Below are positions 8,285-17,016 of a DNA stretch of 33,572 nucleotides, piece by piece. The stretch is from a virus. Its lineage: Duplodnaviria > Caudoviricetes. Numbering within the stretch: the stretch's first letter is position 1; each line of letters begins with the position of its first letter. Under the pieces are notes generated by a model. The model was not told the DNA's origin and searched no databases. It saw nothing but the letters and a program-made list of their open reading frames with translations. The DNA is taken from the IMG/VR virus record IMGVR_UViG_3300032305_001370, positions 1 to 33,572 of that record; one strand, written 5' to 3'. The translations under genes and the position numbers were made by a program.

Positions 8285-8318
8285 ATTTTGGGCCGGTTGG
8301 ACCAGATTTCGGAGGGGG
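8285..8318 (-). promoter_or_regulatory. Putative late promoter CCCCCTCCG-N19-CAAAAT
   Basis: Intergenic copy of the shared motif. Confidence 0.6.
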
Positions 8319-8325
8319 TGCGGGC

Positions 8326-10515
8326 TCAGGGTATCGAAAACTGAATGCTGAAAAGGCCAGCTGGCACGTTCCGAAAAACCATGTCATCCGCAGGATCGCA
8401 TGGATTGCCGCCAAAGCGGTCTGCGTTGGCGGCCAAGTAGAGAGAACTCAAGGTTGCGCCTTGCATGGCGCTGTAGGCCTGAAAGACGTCCCCTGCGCTT
8501 AAGGTTTCGCATCCGGCCACTGACAGCGGGATTGTGACCCTTTGGTGCTCGACTTGCGAGCGATACCAAACGCGGTTGCATGAGGTGAGGTTTATTCTGC
8601 GGGCTGAAAACTTAAACCACCAGTTGAAGTGTATCTCGATGACCGCGCCTAAGTTATGGATCTGTTGCTCTGGACGAAAGCCTGGCGTGGCAAACGGCCG
8701 GTCATAACCATCAGGAATGCCGCCCGGCTGTTCGCCGATTTCGTAGGTGTGCCGCTCAAGCTCAAGTCGAGTTGGAGTGAGACTGGAAAACGCATCAAGA
8801 GACATTCCGCTTTCGCCGGGCAATGGCAAATACTTGTTTACGAGTGGCAAACTGCTTGGCAAATCAGTGCCGCATCGCGTATTGCGTTGGCCGCCAGGAA
8901 CTACTTTGAACCCTGGTAGTCCACCACTGTCAGTGAGTTTTCTGGTGAACGCAAAAGCGTGGCACATTGCCTGAATGTCGACGTCGCACGGATAAGTACC
9001 AATAGTAGATAAGCTTTGAACGCTTGAAATGGTCACCGCGGGAAACTGTTTAAATCCCGAAGCATACATGCGCGGCAATAAGTTGCGGCCTGCGCATGAA
9101 GGCAAAAAGTCGATTGTCTGTCCACCGACAAACCAATAGAAGTTTGGCTGAAAATAAAACCCCAACAAGCCGTCAAAAGGACTTGGAAAAGCAAAGCCAA
9201 TGTTGTCAATCTCTGACTGACGCCCACCGCTTTGCGGCGTTGGAGGAAAAGTCAGCGTGAACTGTTGCCGCGCTCCGTTCTGCGATAACTCATGCCCGGC
9301 GTGAATAATGGCATCTTCGTGCCAATGCGGACCATCGACGGCGTAGGTGTCGACATAATGCTGCGACGGTCTTCCTGCCACGCTGTCTTCTAGAACTGGT
9401 TCGTGGAGGTCTGGCCGGTCGCCTTTGTGGCCGCCGTAGTATGCAAACCGATTGAGATTGGGGCCAGTTGCGCCAGTCGGCAAAAACACATTTGTCCTGC
9501 CGTTGCCGTGGACCGTGCATTGGTGCAGACTGCAGGAAATCGGCGTGCTTGAAAAGTTGACCGGGGGTGAGTTGTGGTATCCGTCTAGCCCCCTGGCCGC
9601 GTCAAACTCAAGCGTAACGCCGTGACGAAATGCCGAAACGGGAGAATCATTGCTGCCGGTTTCCAGCGGATGGCCCAACAGGTCTTCGGCAGTCACAACA
9701 AACGGCAAAGTTGTCTCGTATCCATTGTCTGGTCTGAGACCTACCTGAAAATCCCAGCCGACTTGTATTCCGACAAATACCTGTTGAGTTTCGGAAAGCA
9801 TTTGGCCGACAGGGTCATAGACAAGAACTGCGGCCAGAGCTTGTCTTTTGTTTTTTAGCGGTTCATGACCCGCCATTGGTTCTAGCCCATGCAACTCAAC
9901 CGCAGTCTGTTCCCCTTGTCCGATCCGCACTCTGAGCGGACCACCGACAAAACCTTCGTTGCGACCTTCAGACCATTCAAAGCCTCGCAAATACCATGCA
10001 CCCCTGAGAAACACCGGCCGTTCTGCCTCTATGTAGTTTCCTGGTTCTACGAGCGTAGGCGTTGCCTTAACCTCCTCCTCAGTAATCGTCAGGGGCCATG
10101 CCACGCGGCCGACGCCGACGCCGCCGAATCGGCCGTATGTGTCGACCGGGTAGCCGATGGTTGGCGGTGCATCCATTTCGACCCAGACACCGCGCGTCAG
10201 GTCGTCGTTTGCTAGTGCGTAGATCCGCACTGCGCCGTCTTTGTAGGAAACGCTGCGGTTGTTAAATAGATCTGAAAAACCCCAGCCTTCCGTCCTTACA
10301 ATCAAGCCCAGCGATCCCGGCCAACACAAATCGCTTTCGACAAGTGCTTCATATGGCCCGGTTGGACTGGCCATGTCTTGAACAACGCCGGTCGGGCCAG
10401 TTGGCCCGGTTGCGCCAATGACTCGCGCCTGACGCCACGGCTCACGGCCCACAAACTGGCTAATCGGTTCCTGGGCGTAGTAGCTATGCGGCGAGCAATC
10501 GCCAGAATGCGTCAC
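8326..10515 (-). CDS. Large lower-GC hypothetical tail-tip/receptor-binding protein (729 aa)
   Basis: Long ORF after the tail genes; visibly AT-richer; contains GATGPTGPTG. Confidence 0.65.
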   Translation of the reverse strand: MTHSGDCSPHSYYAQEPISQFVGREPWRQARVIGATGPTGPTGVVQDMASPTGPYEALVESDLCWPGSLGLIVRTEGWGFSDLFNNRSVSYKDGAVRIYALANDDLTRGVWVEMDAPPTIGYPVDTYGRFGGVGVGRVAWPLTITEEEVKATPTLVEPGNYIEAERPVFLRGAWYLRGFEWSEGRNEGFVGGPLRVRIGQGEQTAVELHGLEPMAGHEPLKNKRQALAAVLVYDPVGQMLSETQQVFVGIQVGWDFQVGLRPDNGYETTLPFVVTAEDLLGHPLETGSNDSPVSAFRHGVTLEFDAARGLDGYHNSPPVNFSSTPISCSLHQCTVHGNGRTNVFLPTGATGPNLNRFAYYGGHKGDRPDLHEPVLEDSVAGRPSQHYVDTYAVDGPHWHEDAIIHAGHELSQNGARQQFTLTFPPTPQSGGRQSEIDNIGFAFPSPFDGLLGFYFQPNFYWFVGGQTIDFLPSCAGRNLLPRMYASGFKQFPAVTISSVQSLSTIGTYPCDVDIQAMCHAFAFTRKLTDSGGLPGFKVVPGGQRNTRCGTDLPSSLPLVNKYLPLPGESGMSLDAFSSLTPTRLELERHTYEIGEQPGGIPDGYDRPFATPGFRPEQQIHNLGAVIEIHFNWWFKFSARRINLTSCNRVWYRSQVEHQRVTIPLSVAGCETLSAGDVFQAYSAMQGATLSSLYLAANADRFGGNPCDPADDMVFRNVPAGLFSIQFSIP

Positions 10516-11204
10516 AGCCTCACCACCGCGTAATAGACTTGCTCGAGCGTGTCATCAAGTTCAACCGGTGTCTCGATGCCTTCTGCGGTTTGTTGTTCTT
10601 CACTGAAAGGCTTGATGTTTGTCCACAGCAATAGTTCGCCAGGGCCGCAGTCGCTGTCCTCGGCCACTCCGAGAAGGTTAATGGACGTGTCACTTTCGTA
10701 ACGGAGGACAGGTAGACGCACCCGCGGCAAAAAGCCGCCAGGATTTTTTCGCACCATTGCTAGACACGTCCCGTGCGTGCAAATGAGAGACCCTGTGCCC
10801 GTCATCGACTCGCCACGGCCGCCGCAAAGGACCGCAAATGAGAGAGTAGCAGTCAGCCTCCGATCCACAAACGCGACAGGCGAGGCCAGCTGTGCATATG
10901 TGTATCCCGGGGTAATGGGCGGTGTTGCGCCAAGTTGGGGATCTCGAAATGGCAACGGTGAAACAAGGGCAGGAATATCTCCGCCTCTTACTACCATTCC
11001 GAAACGGTGATTTGTTTCCGAAAAACCTTCTAATCGGACGGTCCGATAAAGCCGGTCTGGCATCTTCAGCGCTGCCGCGGCCTCAAACCCAACGCGACCT
11101 GACAGCACTACGTCCGCCGCGTCTTGGGCGCGGTTCCACGCCCGGGCTGAGAAAGCGGTTGATATGTTTTGGCCTGGCTTAACCCGGCCGTCAGCGCGGG
11201 CCAT
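10512..11204 (-). CDS. Tail-associated hypothetical protein
   Basis: Coupled to both neighbours; position after the distal tail gene. Confidence 0.65.
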   Translation of the reverse strand: MARADGRVKPGQNISTAFSARAWNRAQDAADVVLSGRVGFEAAAALKMPDRLYRTVRLEGFSETNHRFGMVVRGGDIPALVSPLPFRDPQLGATPPITPGYTYAQLASPVAFVDRRLTATLSFAVLCGGRGESMTGTGSLICTHGTCLAMVRKNPGGFLPRVRLPVLRYESDTSINLLGVAEDSDCGPGELLLWTNIKPFSEEQQTAEGIETPVELDDTLEQVYYAVVRL

Positions 11205-12124
11205 CAGTCCACTCCGATCCCAAGATCAGCAAAAGGTTGTCTGCGGTACACTTTGTTGACGTAGACAAACTTCGGCTTTTTCAAAAGCGTGTTGCTTTCG
11301 ACAGCGTCTTCATATCGAACCCACAGGTAGTCGTGCCCGTCCTTTTTAATGTTTTCAATCTCGCCGATCGTAATCGCTGGAAACGTCTTTTCCGGCCCCT
11401 GATTTGCAGCCGCGACAAACTTGTACGACAGCGACCACGGCCCGTCGCCCTTGTCCTCGTCCCACTGCTGCGAGCCGCTCGCGCCCAGGAACAGCACCTC
11501 GCCCGCAGCAAACCCGCGAAAATCGGCGTCGTTCACCGTGCCGGTCAACGTGGACACTTTCTTGATGTATGCCGTCGTGACGTACTGCGCCGGAACATCG
11601 TAGGTTTCGGTCCACGTCAACTGCGGGACCACAATGTCGACTCCCTGCACGCTGTCGCCATCGACTCCGATAGCGCCCCGCATGTTTGGGGCGGCTGGCG
11701 AGCCCTCGACTGAGTCATCGTGGAACCGATCCTCTCCCTCCGGAAATCCGTCGCTGGGGATCGACTGCGTGATGTGCTGGGTCGCCCCGCCCGTGTCGAA
11801 CGACCTCGACCGCTTTAGCGGGTCTTGTTGCTGATCGTCCTCGCCACCGTCGCTGACATAGGACACCTCGAGCTGCCAGGCCTTGTCGCCCAGGTACTCG
11901 AGCGAATAGCTTTCGGCGTGGAGTTTGTTTTGCGGCTGCCCCGGATACTGCCAGAACATGTAGCTCTGCCAGAGCGTGGTGTTGACGTCGCCGTGGACGG
12001 CGACGTCGTCGTTCGTGCCGAAGATCTTCCAGCTCTTGCGGTAGGTCGACTGGGCCTTGCGGCCCAGCCGGTGGATCGTGGCCCCGCGGCTGGAGTTGTC
12101 TTCGACCCAGGTGTATGCAGGCAT
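11204..12124 (-). CDS. Putative distal tail/hub protein
   Basis: Directly follows the tape measure; aromatic, beta-rich. Confidence 0.65.
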   Translation of the reverse strand: MPAYTWVEDNSSRGATIHRLGRKAQSTYRKSWKIFGTNDDVAVHGDVNTTLWQSYMFWQYPGQPQNKLHAESYSLEYLGDKAWQLEVSYVSDGGEDDQQQDPLKRSRSFDTGGATQHITQSIPSDGFPEGEDRFHDDSVEGSPAAPNMRGAIGVDGDSVQGVDIVVPQLTWTETYDVPAQYVTTAYIKKVSTLTGTVNDADFRGFAAGEVLFLGASGSQQWDEDKGDGPWSLSYKFVAAANQGPEKTFPAITIGEIENIKKDGHDYLWVRYEDAVESNTLLKKPKFVYVNKVYRRQPFADLGIGVD

Positions 12125-12128
12125 GGTG

Positions 12129-14090
12129 TTAGTCGGCGACGAGGCCGGCCATAGGGTCGCGGGTGTTCTGTTCGATCTGTGTCAACTTGTCGAGTTGCTT
12201 CTGAGCCAGGTTCTGGCCGAACCCCAGCTGGCCCAGCGCGGCCCCGCTGAACGTGCCGACCACGTCGGCCTGGGTGACGCCGGCACCGGAAACGTCCAGC
12301 GGAACTCCAGCCGTCCCCGATTGTTCAGCCACAGCTGCCGCCTCCGTGGCAAACTGTGCCGCCAAATCGGCAACCCTTGCCTCGGCGGCCTGCGTGGCAA
12401 CCCTTCTGGCGTCCGCACGCTGAGAGTTTGCGTCTAGACGGCCCGCCATGGTGGCCCCAGCTGCAGCGTTGTTGGCCTGGATATTGCCGGCAGCGTCTTC
12501 GCGGATTCCCCGCCGAACCTCACTGGCGGCGGCGTTTCGGCCCTCAACGCCCGTCCTTGAGATGGCCCGCTCTTGGGCACGGGCGGCCATTTGGCTATCG
12601 ACCTTGCGGTTTTCTGCTGCCAGGTCGTATCCCTTGACAATAAACGACTGAACCCAGTTCCATGACTTCTGGACCGCGGCCACCATGGCATCAAACGCCG
12701 CCATCACGCCGTTGACGATGCTGTCGACCACCCCCATGATCACTGCCTCGACGGTCACCAACGCCTGAGCGATGTTGCTGTTCATCGTCTCCCAAATGTT
12801 CATCACATTCGTGGCCAAATAGGTGAACGTGTTTTGCAGGTCAGCCACGAACGGGTCGACGTAGCTCATTAGGGCTTCGACGCCGCGGAGCCAGCCGGCA
12901 GTCAAGCCGGCCCACAGCATGTCCATTGCCCCGGATAGGTTGCCCGCCGTGAGCGCGTCCGAAATGCCTTGAATCGTGGTGCTGGCGGTCTGTCCCAAAT
13001 CGTCAAACACGACGGCTGCGTCTTGGACGGCCGCACGCAAGGGACCGGCGATCGTGTTGGCTGCGTTTCCGATGACCGACCCAACGCTTCCAAATGCCGA
13101 AGCCATGCCCGCGGCGATTTGCGGACCAAACGCAACTACGGCACCTAGACCAGCCACAAGGAGGGCAATCGGGCTCAGCAATGCTCCGATCACGCCACCA
13201 ACTGCCGTCAAACCAGCAGAGAGACCCATGGCCGCAAAGCCAGCGACCGTCAGGGCTGCGCCGATCGCCGCGACGCCAGCACCGACAGCAAGTGCAATCT
13301 GGACAAACCGGCCGTTTTCCTTGACGAACCGCGAGAACTCACCGGCCACCAAGCTGACGACCCGTGCCACCTGCGTGAAGATTGGGGCAACCGCCCCGCC
13401 AATGTTGACGACGATTGAGCGGAGTGCCTTGTTCATTGCGTCAACAGCATCACCAAGCGCCGTGGCGGCGTTGGCCGTGTCACGATCCATGACGATGCCA
13501 AGACGGACTGCTTCGGCCTGCAGCTCGGCAATGCCAGCGGCTCCCCCTTCAACCAGCGGCAGCAGTGCGGCGCCAGCTTTGCCGAACACCTGCATGGCGA
13601 GCGCGGCCCGCTTCCCCGGATCTTGGACGCCAGACAAAGCGTCGGCGATTGCGACAAACTGATCTTCCGGCGACAGCTGCGACAACGCGTTAACGTCCAG
13701 CCCAAGCCGTTGAAACGATTCCGCAGCTTCGCCTCCTTTGGTAGCCGCAGCGTCCATGGCCCGCTGCATGCCACGGACGCCTTTTTCCAGCGTTGCCATG
13801 TCCGTGCCGGACTGTTCAGCCGCATAGCCGAGCGACGAAACCGCTTCAGTCGACATGCCAGTCCGGGAGGCCATCTTCTGGACCGCATCGCCAACCGTGG
13901 CAAACGCAGTGGCTGCGGCCGCGAGCGGGGCAATGATGGCTGTCCCGAGGGCTGTGACGCCAGCCCCGGCCATTGCCATCCGCTGGCCGACCTGGCCGAT
14001 CTGCCTGTTGAGGTTGCCCAGCACCTTGAACAACTGGCTCGGGTCGGCCCCGATCTCTACAAATACCTGCCCGCCGCGGACCTTGCTCAT
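12129..14090 (-). CDS. Tail tape measure protein
   Basis: Ala/Gly-rich helical, hydrophobic middle, LSPEDQFVAIADAL-type motif; follows the chaperone. Confidence 0.9.
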   Translation of the reverse strand: MSKVRGGQVFVEIGADPSQLFKVLGNLNRQIGQVGQRMAMAGAGVTALGTAIIAPLAAAATAFATVGDAVQKMASRTGMSTEAVSSLGYAAEQSGTDMATLEKGVRGMQRAMDAAATKGGEAAESFQRLGLDVNALSQLSPEDQFVAIADALSGVQDPGKRAALAMQVFGKAGAALLPLVEGGAAGIAELQAEAVRLGIVMDRDTANAATALGDAVDAMNKALRSIVVNIGGAVAPIFTQVARVVSLVAGEFSRFVKENGRFVQIALAVGAGVAAIGAALTVAGFAAMGLSAGLTAVGGVIGALLSPIALLVAGLGAVVAFGPQIAAGMASAFGSVGSVIGNAANTIAGPLRAAVQDAAVVFDDLGQTASTTIQGISDALTAGNLSGAMDMLWAGLTAGWLRGVEALMSYVDPFVADLQNTFTYLATNVMNIWETMNSNIAQALVTVEAVIMGVVDSIVNGVMAAFDAMVAAVQKSWNWVQSFIVKGYDLAAENRKVDSQMAARAQERAISRTGVEGRNAAASEVRRGIREDAAGNIQANNAAAGATMAGRLDANSQRADARRVATQAAEARVADLAAQFATEAAAVAEQSGTAGVPLDVSGAGVTQADVVGTFSGAALGQLGFGQNLAQKQLDKLTQIEQNTRDPMAGLVAD

Positions 14091-14491
14091 GACGTGTTTA
14101 CCTCGTGCCAGTCATCGCCAAGAAGTTTCGCGATCTCTTCTGGCGTTGCTTGGCGAGCCGCTCGTTTTTTCGCAAACGGGTTCAGACGGGCTGGGTCGAC
14201 TTTGGGCGCGTGCTTTGGTTTGTTGATGTTGGCTTGCTGGGCAAGGATGTTGGCGGTGTGCCACCAATCGTGCTCGAGGCGGTACTGTCTGGCGATGAAC
14301 AGCTGCCGGATCGTCCATTCTCCGGGGTGGACCCCGAGGATTGCGGCGGCTTCCCATACAGCGTTCCAGACAGATCCATCGGGTGGACGTTTGCCAGCCC
14401 GTGTTCCGCCTGCGTCATCAGCTCGCCGGCCACCTCGGTCATCTTGGCTGCGATTAGGCCGAGCGTCTTTCGCAGCCGGAGGGGGAAAAAA
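14087..14491 (-). CDS. gpT-like -1 frame extension of the tail assembly chaperone
   Basis: Open -1 frame ...WNAVWEAAAILGVHPGEWTIRQLFIARQYRLEHDWWHTAN...HEVNTS* whose TGA overlaps the TMP ATG; slippery T TTT TTC at 14491-14485. Confidence 0.65.
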   Translation of the reverse strand, partial: FFPPPAAKDARPNRSQDDRGGRRADDAGGTRAGKRPPDGSVWNAVWEAAAILGVHPGEWTIRQLFIARQYRLEHDWWHTANILAQQANINKPKHAPKVDPARLNPFAKKRAARQATPEEIAKLLGDDWHEVNTS

Positions 14492-14838
14492 TCGACCAGC
14501 TCCTCCTCCAAGGCTTTCGACGCTGCCTCGAGAGAATCGCCACGCAGGCCCTCTAAAAACTGGTCTTTGGTCAACTTTCTGTCTTCGACCTGCCGGATCA
14601 GCATCGCGTACAGCACCTCGCCAAGTTTGGCGAACTGCATCCGCACGACCTGCAGCGTCTGGGTGATCGTGGCCAGGTCAACGATGTCAAACGGGACCGA
14701 CTTGCGACTGCCTGTCGGTTGGCCGTCCTCGTCGAGTTGGTCGATCTCGATGTTTACCATGTCGCGCACACGCAAAGCGGTCGCCACGGTCAGCGCGATC
14801 TGCCACGGCCGGCCCTGGTCGTCCCGGAACTCTTTCAT
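14182..14838 (-). CDS. Tail assembly chaperone (gpG-like)
   Basis: Between tail-tube genes and TMP; slippery site at VDFFP. Confidence 0.75.
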   Translation of the reverse strand: MKEFRDDQGRPWQIALTVATALRVRDMVNIEIDQLDEDGQPTGSRKSVPFDIVDLATITQTLQVVRMQFAKLGEVLYAMLIRQVEDRKLTKDQFLEGLRGDSLEAASKALEEELVDFFPLRLRKTLGLIAAKMTEVAGELMTQAEHGLANVHPMDLSGTLYGKPPQSSGSTPENGRSGSCSSPDSTASSTIGGTPPTSLPSKPTSTNQSTRPKSTQPV

Positions 14839-15194
14839 AGCCTCAGTCCGCTCCTTGTCATCTTGGCCTCGACCTGAAACGTCACCACGCCGTCGACGGC
14901 GGCCGTTTCACTCAGCGACGTGATCACGGCCGTGAACGACCAGCCGCCGCTCCCACCCGACACTGTGACTTCGTCCCCTGCGTTAAGCGCAGTGGCTATG
15001 GCAGTGATCGACGTGGTGTCGTTCACCTCCATCGACAGCGAACCGTCACGGCCGGTCTGGTAGACCGCTACATCACGGCTGCCGTATTCCTCGATGTCGA
15101 TCGTGCGGGCGGCACTGGAAAACGTCACGTTGCGGACGCCGACTATGGCCGTGCCGACTGTGACGGTGCCATCCTTGCCCAGAACGATCGGCAC
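14835..15194 (-). CDS. Tail tube-like protein, paralog 3
   Basis: IVLGKDGTV start, VDGVVTFQVE end. Confidence 0.7.
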   Translation of the reverse strand: MPIVLGKDGTVTVGTAIVGVRNVTFSSAARTIDIEEYGSRDVAVYQTGRDGSLSMEVNDTTSITAIATALNAGDEVTVSGGSGGWSFTAVITSLSETAAVDGVVTFQVEAKMTRSGLRL

Positions 15195-15198
15195 GGGA

Positions 15199-15519
15199 TC
15201 AGCCCTCCCGTGCGGTGACGGTGTAGGTCACCGCTCCGTCGATCGAGATGTTCTCGGTGACGCCCATGACGATGAAGCTAGACGTGGGCGTGTTGGTGGC
15301 AAGCGCCGTGACCAGCCCCGTAGCGCTGTGGCACTCAATCTCCCACAGCTTGCTCGTCAGGCCAGTCTTGTAGGCCCGGAACCCGGGATTGCTGGCCGTG
15401 CCGCCCGCATTGCTGCGGTTGGTGACGTCGACGATCTCCACCTCTTCGGTGTAGGTCGCGGAAATGATTTGGCTTCCGAACGGAGGGGCCGAACCGTCCT
15501 TGCCGAGCGTGATGGCCAT
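15199..15519 (-). CDS. Tail tube-like protein, paralog 2
   Basis: ITLGKDG...VDVT...IDGAVTYTVT. Confidence 0.7.
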   Translation of the reverse strand: MAITLGKDGSAPPFGSQIISATYTEEVEIVDVTNRSNAGGTASNPGFRAYKTGLTSKLWEIECHSATGLVTALATNTPTSSFIVMGVTENISIDGAVTYTVTAREG

Positions 15520-15537
15520 GCGTGCGGGTCTCCCTGA

Positions 15538-15858
15538 TTAGGACTGCGAATGGTTGCGGCTGGCCGAGACCGTGAACGTCCGGATTCCGTCGATCGGGTC
15601 GGTCCTGGCGACGTTGGTCACGACATACTTGACGTTTCCGGTGCTGGGGCCGGACAGCGTGAACACGTCGCCTACAGCCACGCCGGGGTCGTCGACGCAC
15701 TCAACCTCGACCGTCTGCTCGATCATGGCCTTTTTGAACTTGCGGCTGGTGTCACCGAGCTTCGTGACGTCGACCTCCGCGGCAGAGTTGTTGACGGTGA
15801 CGCTGCGGGCGTTGCTGATGCCCGTGATCGTTACTTCTTTGCCGAGCTGGACTGACAT
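15538..15858 (-). CDS. Tail tube-like protein, paralog 1
   Basis: VQLGKEV...EVDVTKLGD...IDGIRTFTVS. Confidence 0.7.
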   Translation of the reverse strand: MSVQLGKEVTITGISNARSVTVNNSAAEVDVTKLGDTSRKFKKAMIEQTVEVECVDDPGVAVGDVFTLSGPSTGNVKYVVTNVARTDPIDGIRTFTVSASRNHSQS

Positions 15859-15893
15859 GGTGGTTCAGTGCTCCCGTGGGCGGTTGTTCGCTC

Positions 15894-15928
15894 ACGGTAG
15901 CCCCGGGCGGGGTCAGGCCCGCAGGGGG
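15894..15928 (-). promoter_or_regulatory. Putative late promoter CCCCCTGCG-N20-TACCGT
   Basis: Intergenic copy; shares cccgcagggggtctggc with the 31022-31038 copy. Confidence 0.65.
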
Positions 15929-15935
15929 TCTGGCG

Positions 15936-16565
15936 TCACGGGCCAGAGACAAAGTTGCGAAATGCGTCAGGGATTTTTGGGCGGACCTTGGCCAATCCGC
16001 CGGCCATGTATAGGCCAGGCTTGACCCGCCCTGCGTCTGTCTTAAACACACCGCTCCGACCTTTTCGACCTGTCTGCGCGTCTTTTCTCACGACAACGAT
16101 CGACGGTCCACCCGGCACAGATACTCCGCCTTCTAGGCGGCGAACAGGTCGCCGCGAGACGTACTGATAAGACACCTGACGAGCCCCGCCAAACTCTTGA
16201 ATCCTGTTGAGCCAGACGGCGTTTTCTGCCGGTCCAATGACCACCGAACCCTTTCGGTCGTCTCGCTCGTAACGGATGCTCCCTCGCAAAAACCCTTTGG
16301 CGGCCCGTCCCCGGCCCGTCTTCCAGCTGGTCACACGCCCGGGCGTCGGCGGCCGAAAGTCGATGGCCACCACCGGGATGCCGTCCTGTTTTCCGACCTC
16401 GCGAAACGCCGGCTTTTTCTTGGGCTGCTTGTTCAAGAACTGTTTTTTTACCGACTGCATCGTGAACGAGCCGATCCGGTCCAGGCTCTTGTTCCGCCCG
16501 GCCTGGTAGCGTTTCTTGACGTGGGCCGTGTTGACCTTCGCCCGCACCTTGACGGTCGTCCGCAT
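15936..16565 (-). CDS. Basic neck/tail-completion protein (HK97 gp10-like position)
   Basis: GFLRGSIRY...VVIGP...IQEFGG pattern; very basic. Confidence 0.7.
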   Translation of the reverse strand: MRTTVKVRAKVNTAHVKKRYQAGRNKSLDRIGSFTMQSVKKQFLNKQPKKKPAFREVGKQDGIPVVAIDFRPPTPGRVTSWKTGRGRAAKGFLRGSIRYERDDRKGSVVIGPAENAVWLNRIQEFGGARQVSYQYVSRRPVRRLEGGVSVPGGPSIVVVRKDAQTGRKGRSGVFKTDAGRVKPGLYMAGGLAKVRPKIPDAFRNFVSGP

Positions 16566-16574
16566 GGCTGCCTC

Positions 16575-17015
16575 CTACGTCCGGTGGACGCGATAGGTGG
16601 CCGTGATCACGGCCCGCCAGACGTTCCGCTCCTGCAGCCCCTCGTCGGGGTTTAGCGAGACCTCGACCTCCATCGGGCTGGTCACGCCGGTCGGCCAGGT
16701 CACGCCGTCGTCCCAGTCGTGCTGGCGAATCGCGTCTACCATTTCCTCGGCTAAGGCCAGCGTGTCGTCGGCCAGCTGCTCCGTCGGGGCGTGGCGGCCG
16801 ACGAACACGATGATCGCGTAGTCATACTGCCAATGGACCCGGTCGGCCCGGGTCGTCTCGATCGCCCCGGGCATGACCGCTACCACGGGGTCGTCCATGT
16901 CCTCGATGTCGTAGCTGGGCCAGTTCTGCCGCACCACCGAGGGCGTGACAGCGGTGAAGCTGTAGGCGTCCAAGCTGTCGGCCAGGGCGTCGGCGATCTC
17001 GCGGGCGGTGCTCAC
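16575..17015 (-). CDS. Putative tail terminator
   Basis: Acidic 146-aa protein in the neck region; GTG start. Confidence 0.65.
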   Translation of the reverse strand: MSTAREIADALADSLDAYSFTAVTPSVVRQNWPSYDIEDMDDPVVAVMPGAIETTRADRVHWQYDYAIIVFVGRHAPTEQLADDTLALAEEMVDAIRQHDWDDGVTWPTGVTSPMEVEVSLNPDEGLQERNVWRAVITATYRVHRT

Positions 17016-17016
17016 G

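Noticed and set aside
8050-8286. 78-aa minus-strand ORF
   Set aside because: Overlaps the HEXXH gene out of frame and its ATG lies in the promoter -10 box
8326-10515. Possible DGR target
   Set aside because: No reverse transcriptase and no TR/VR repeat pair noticed in the window
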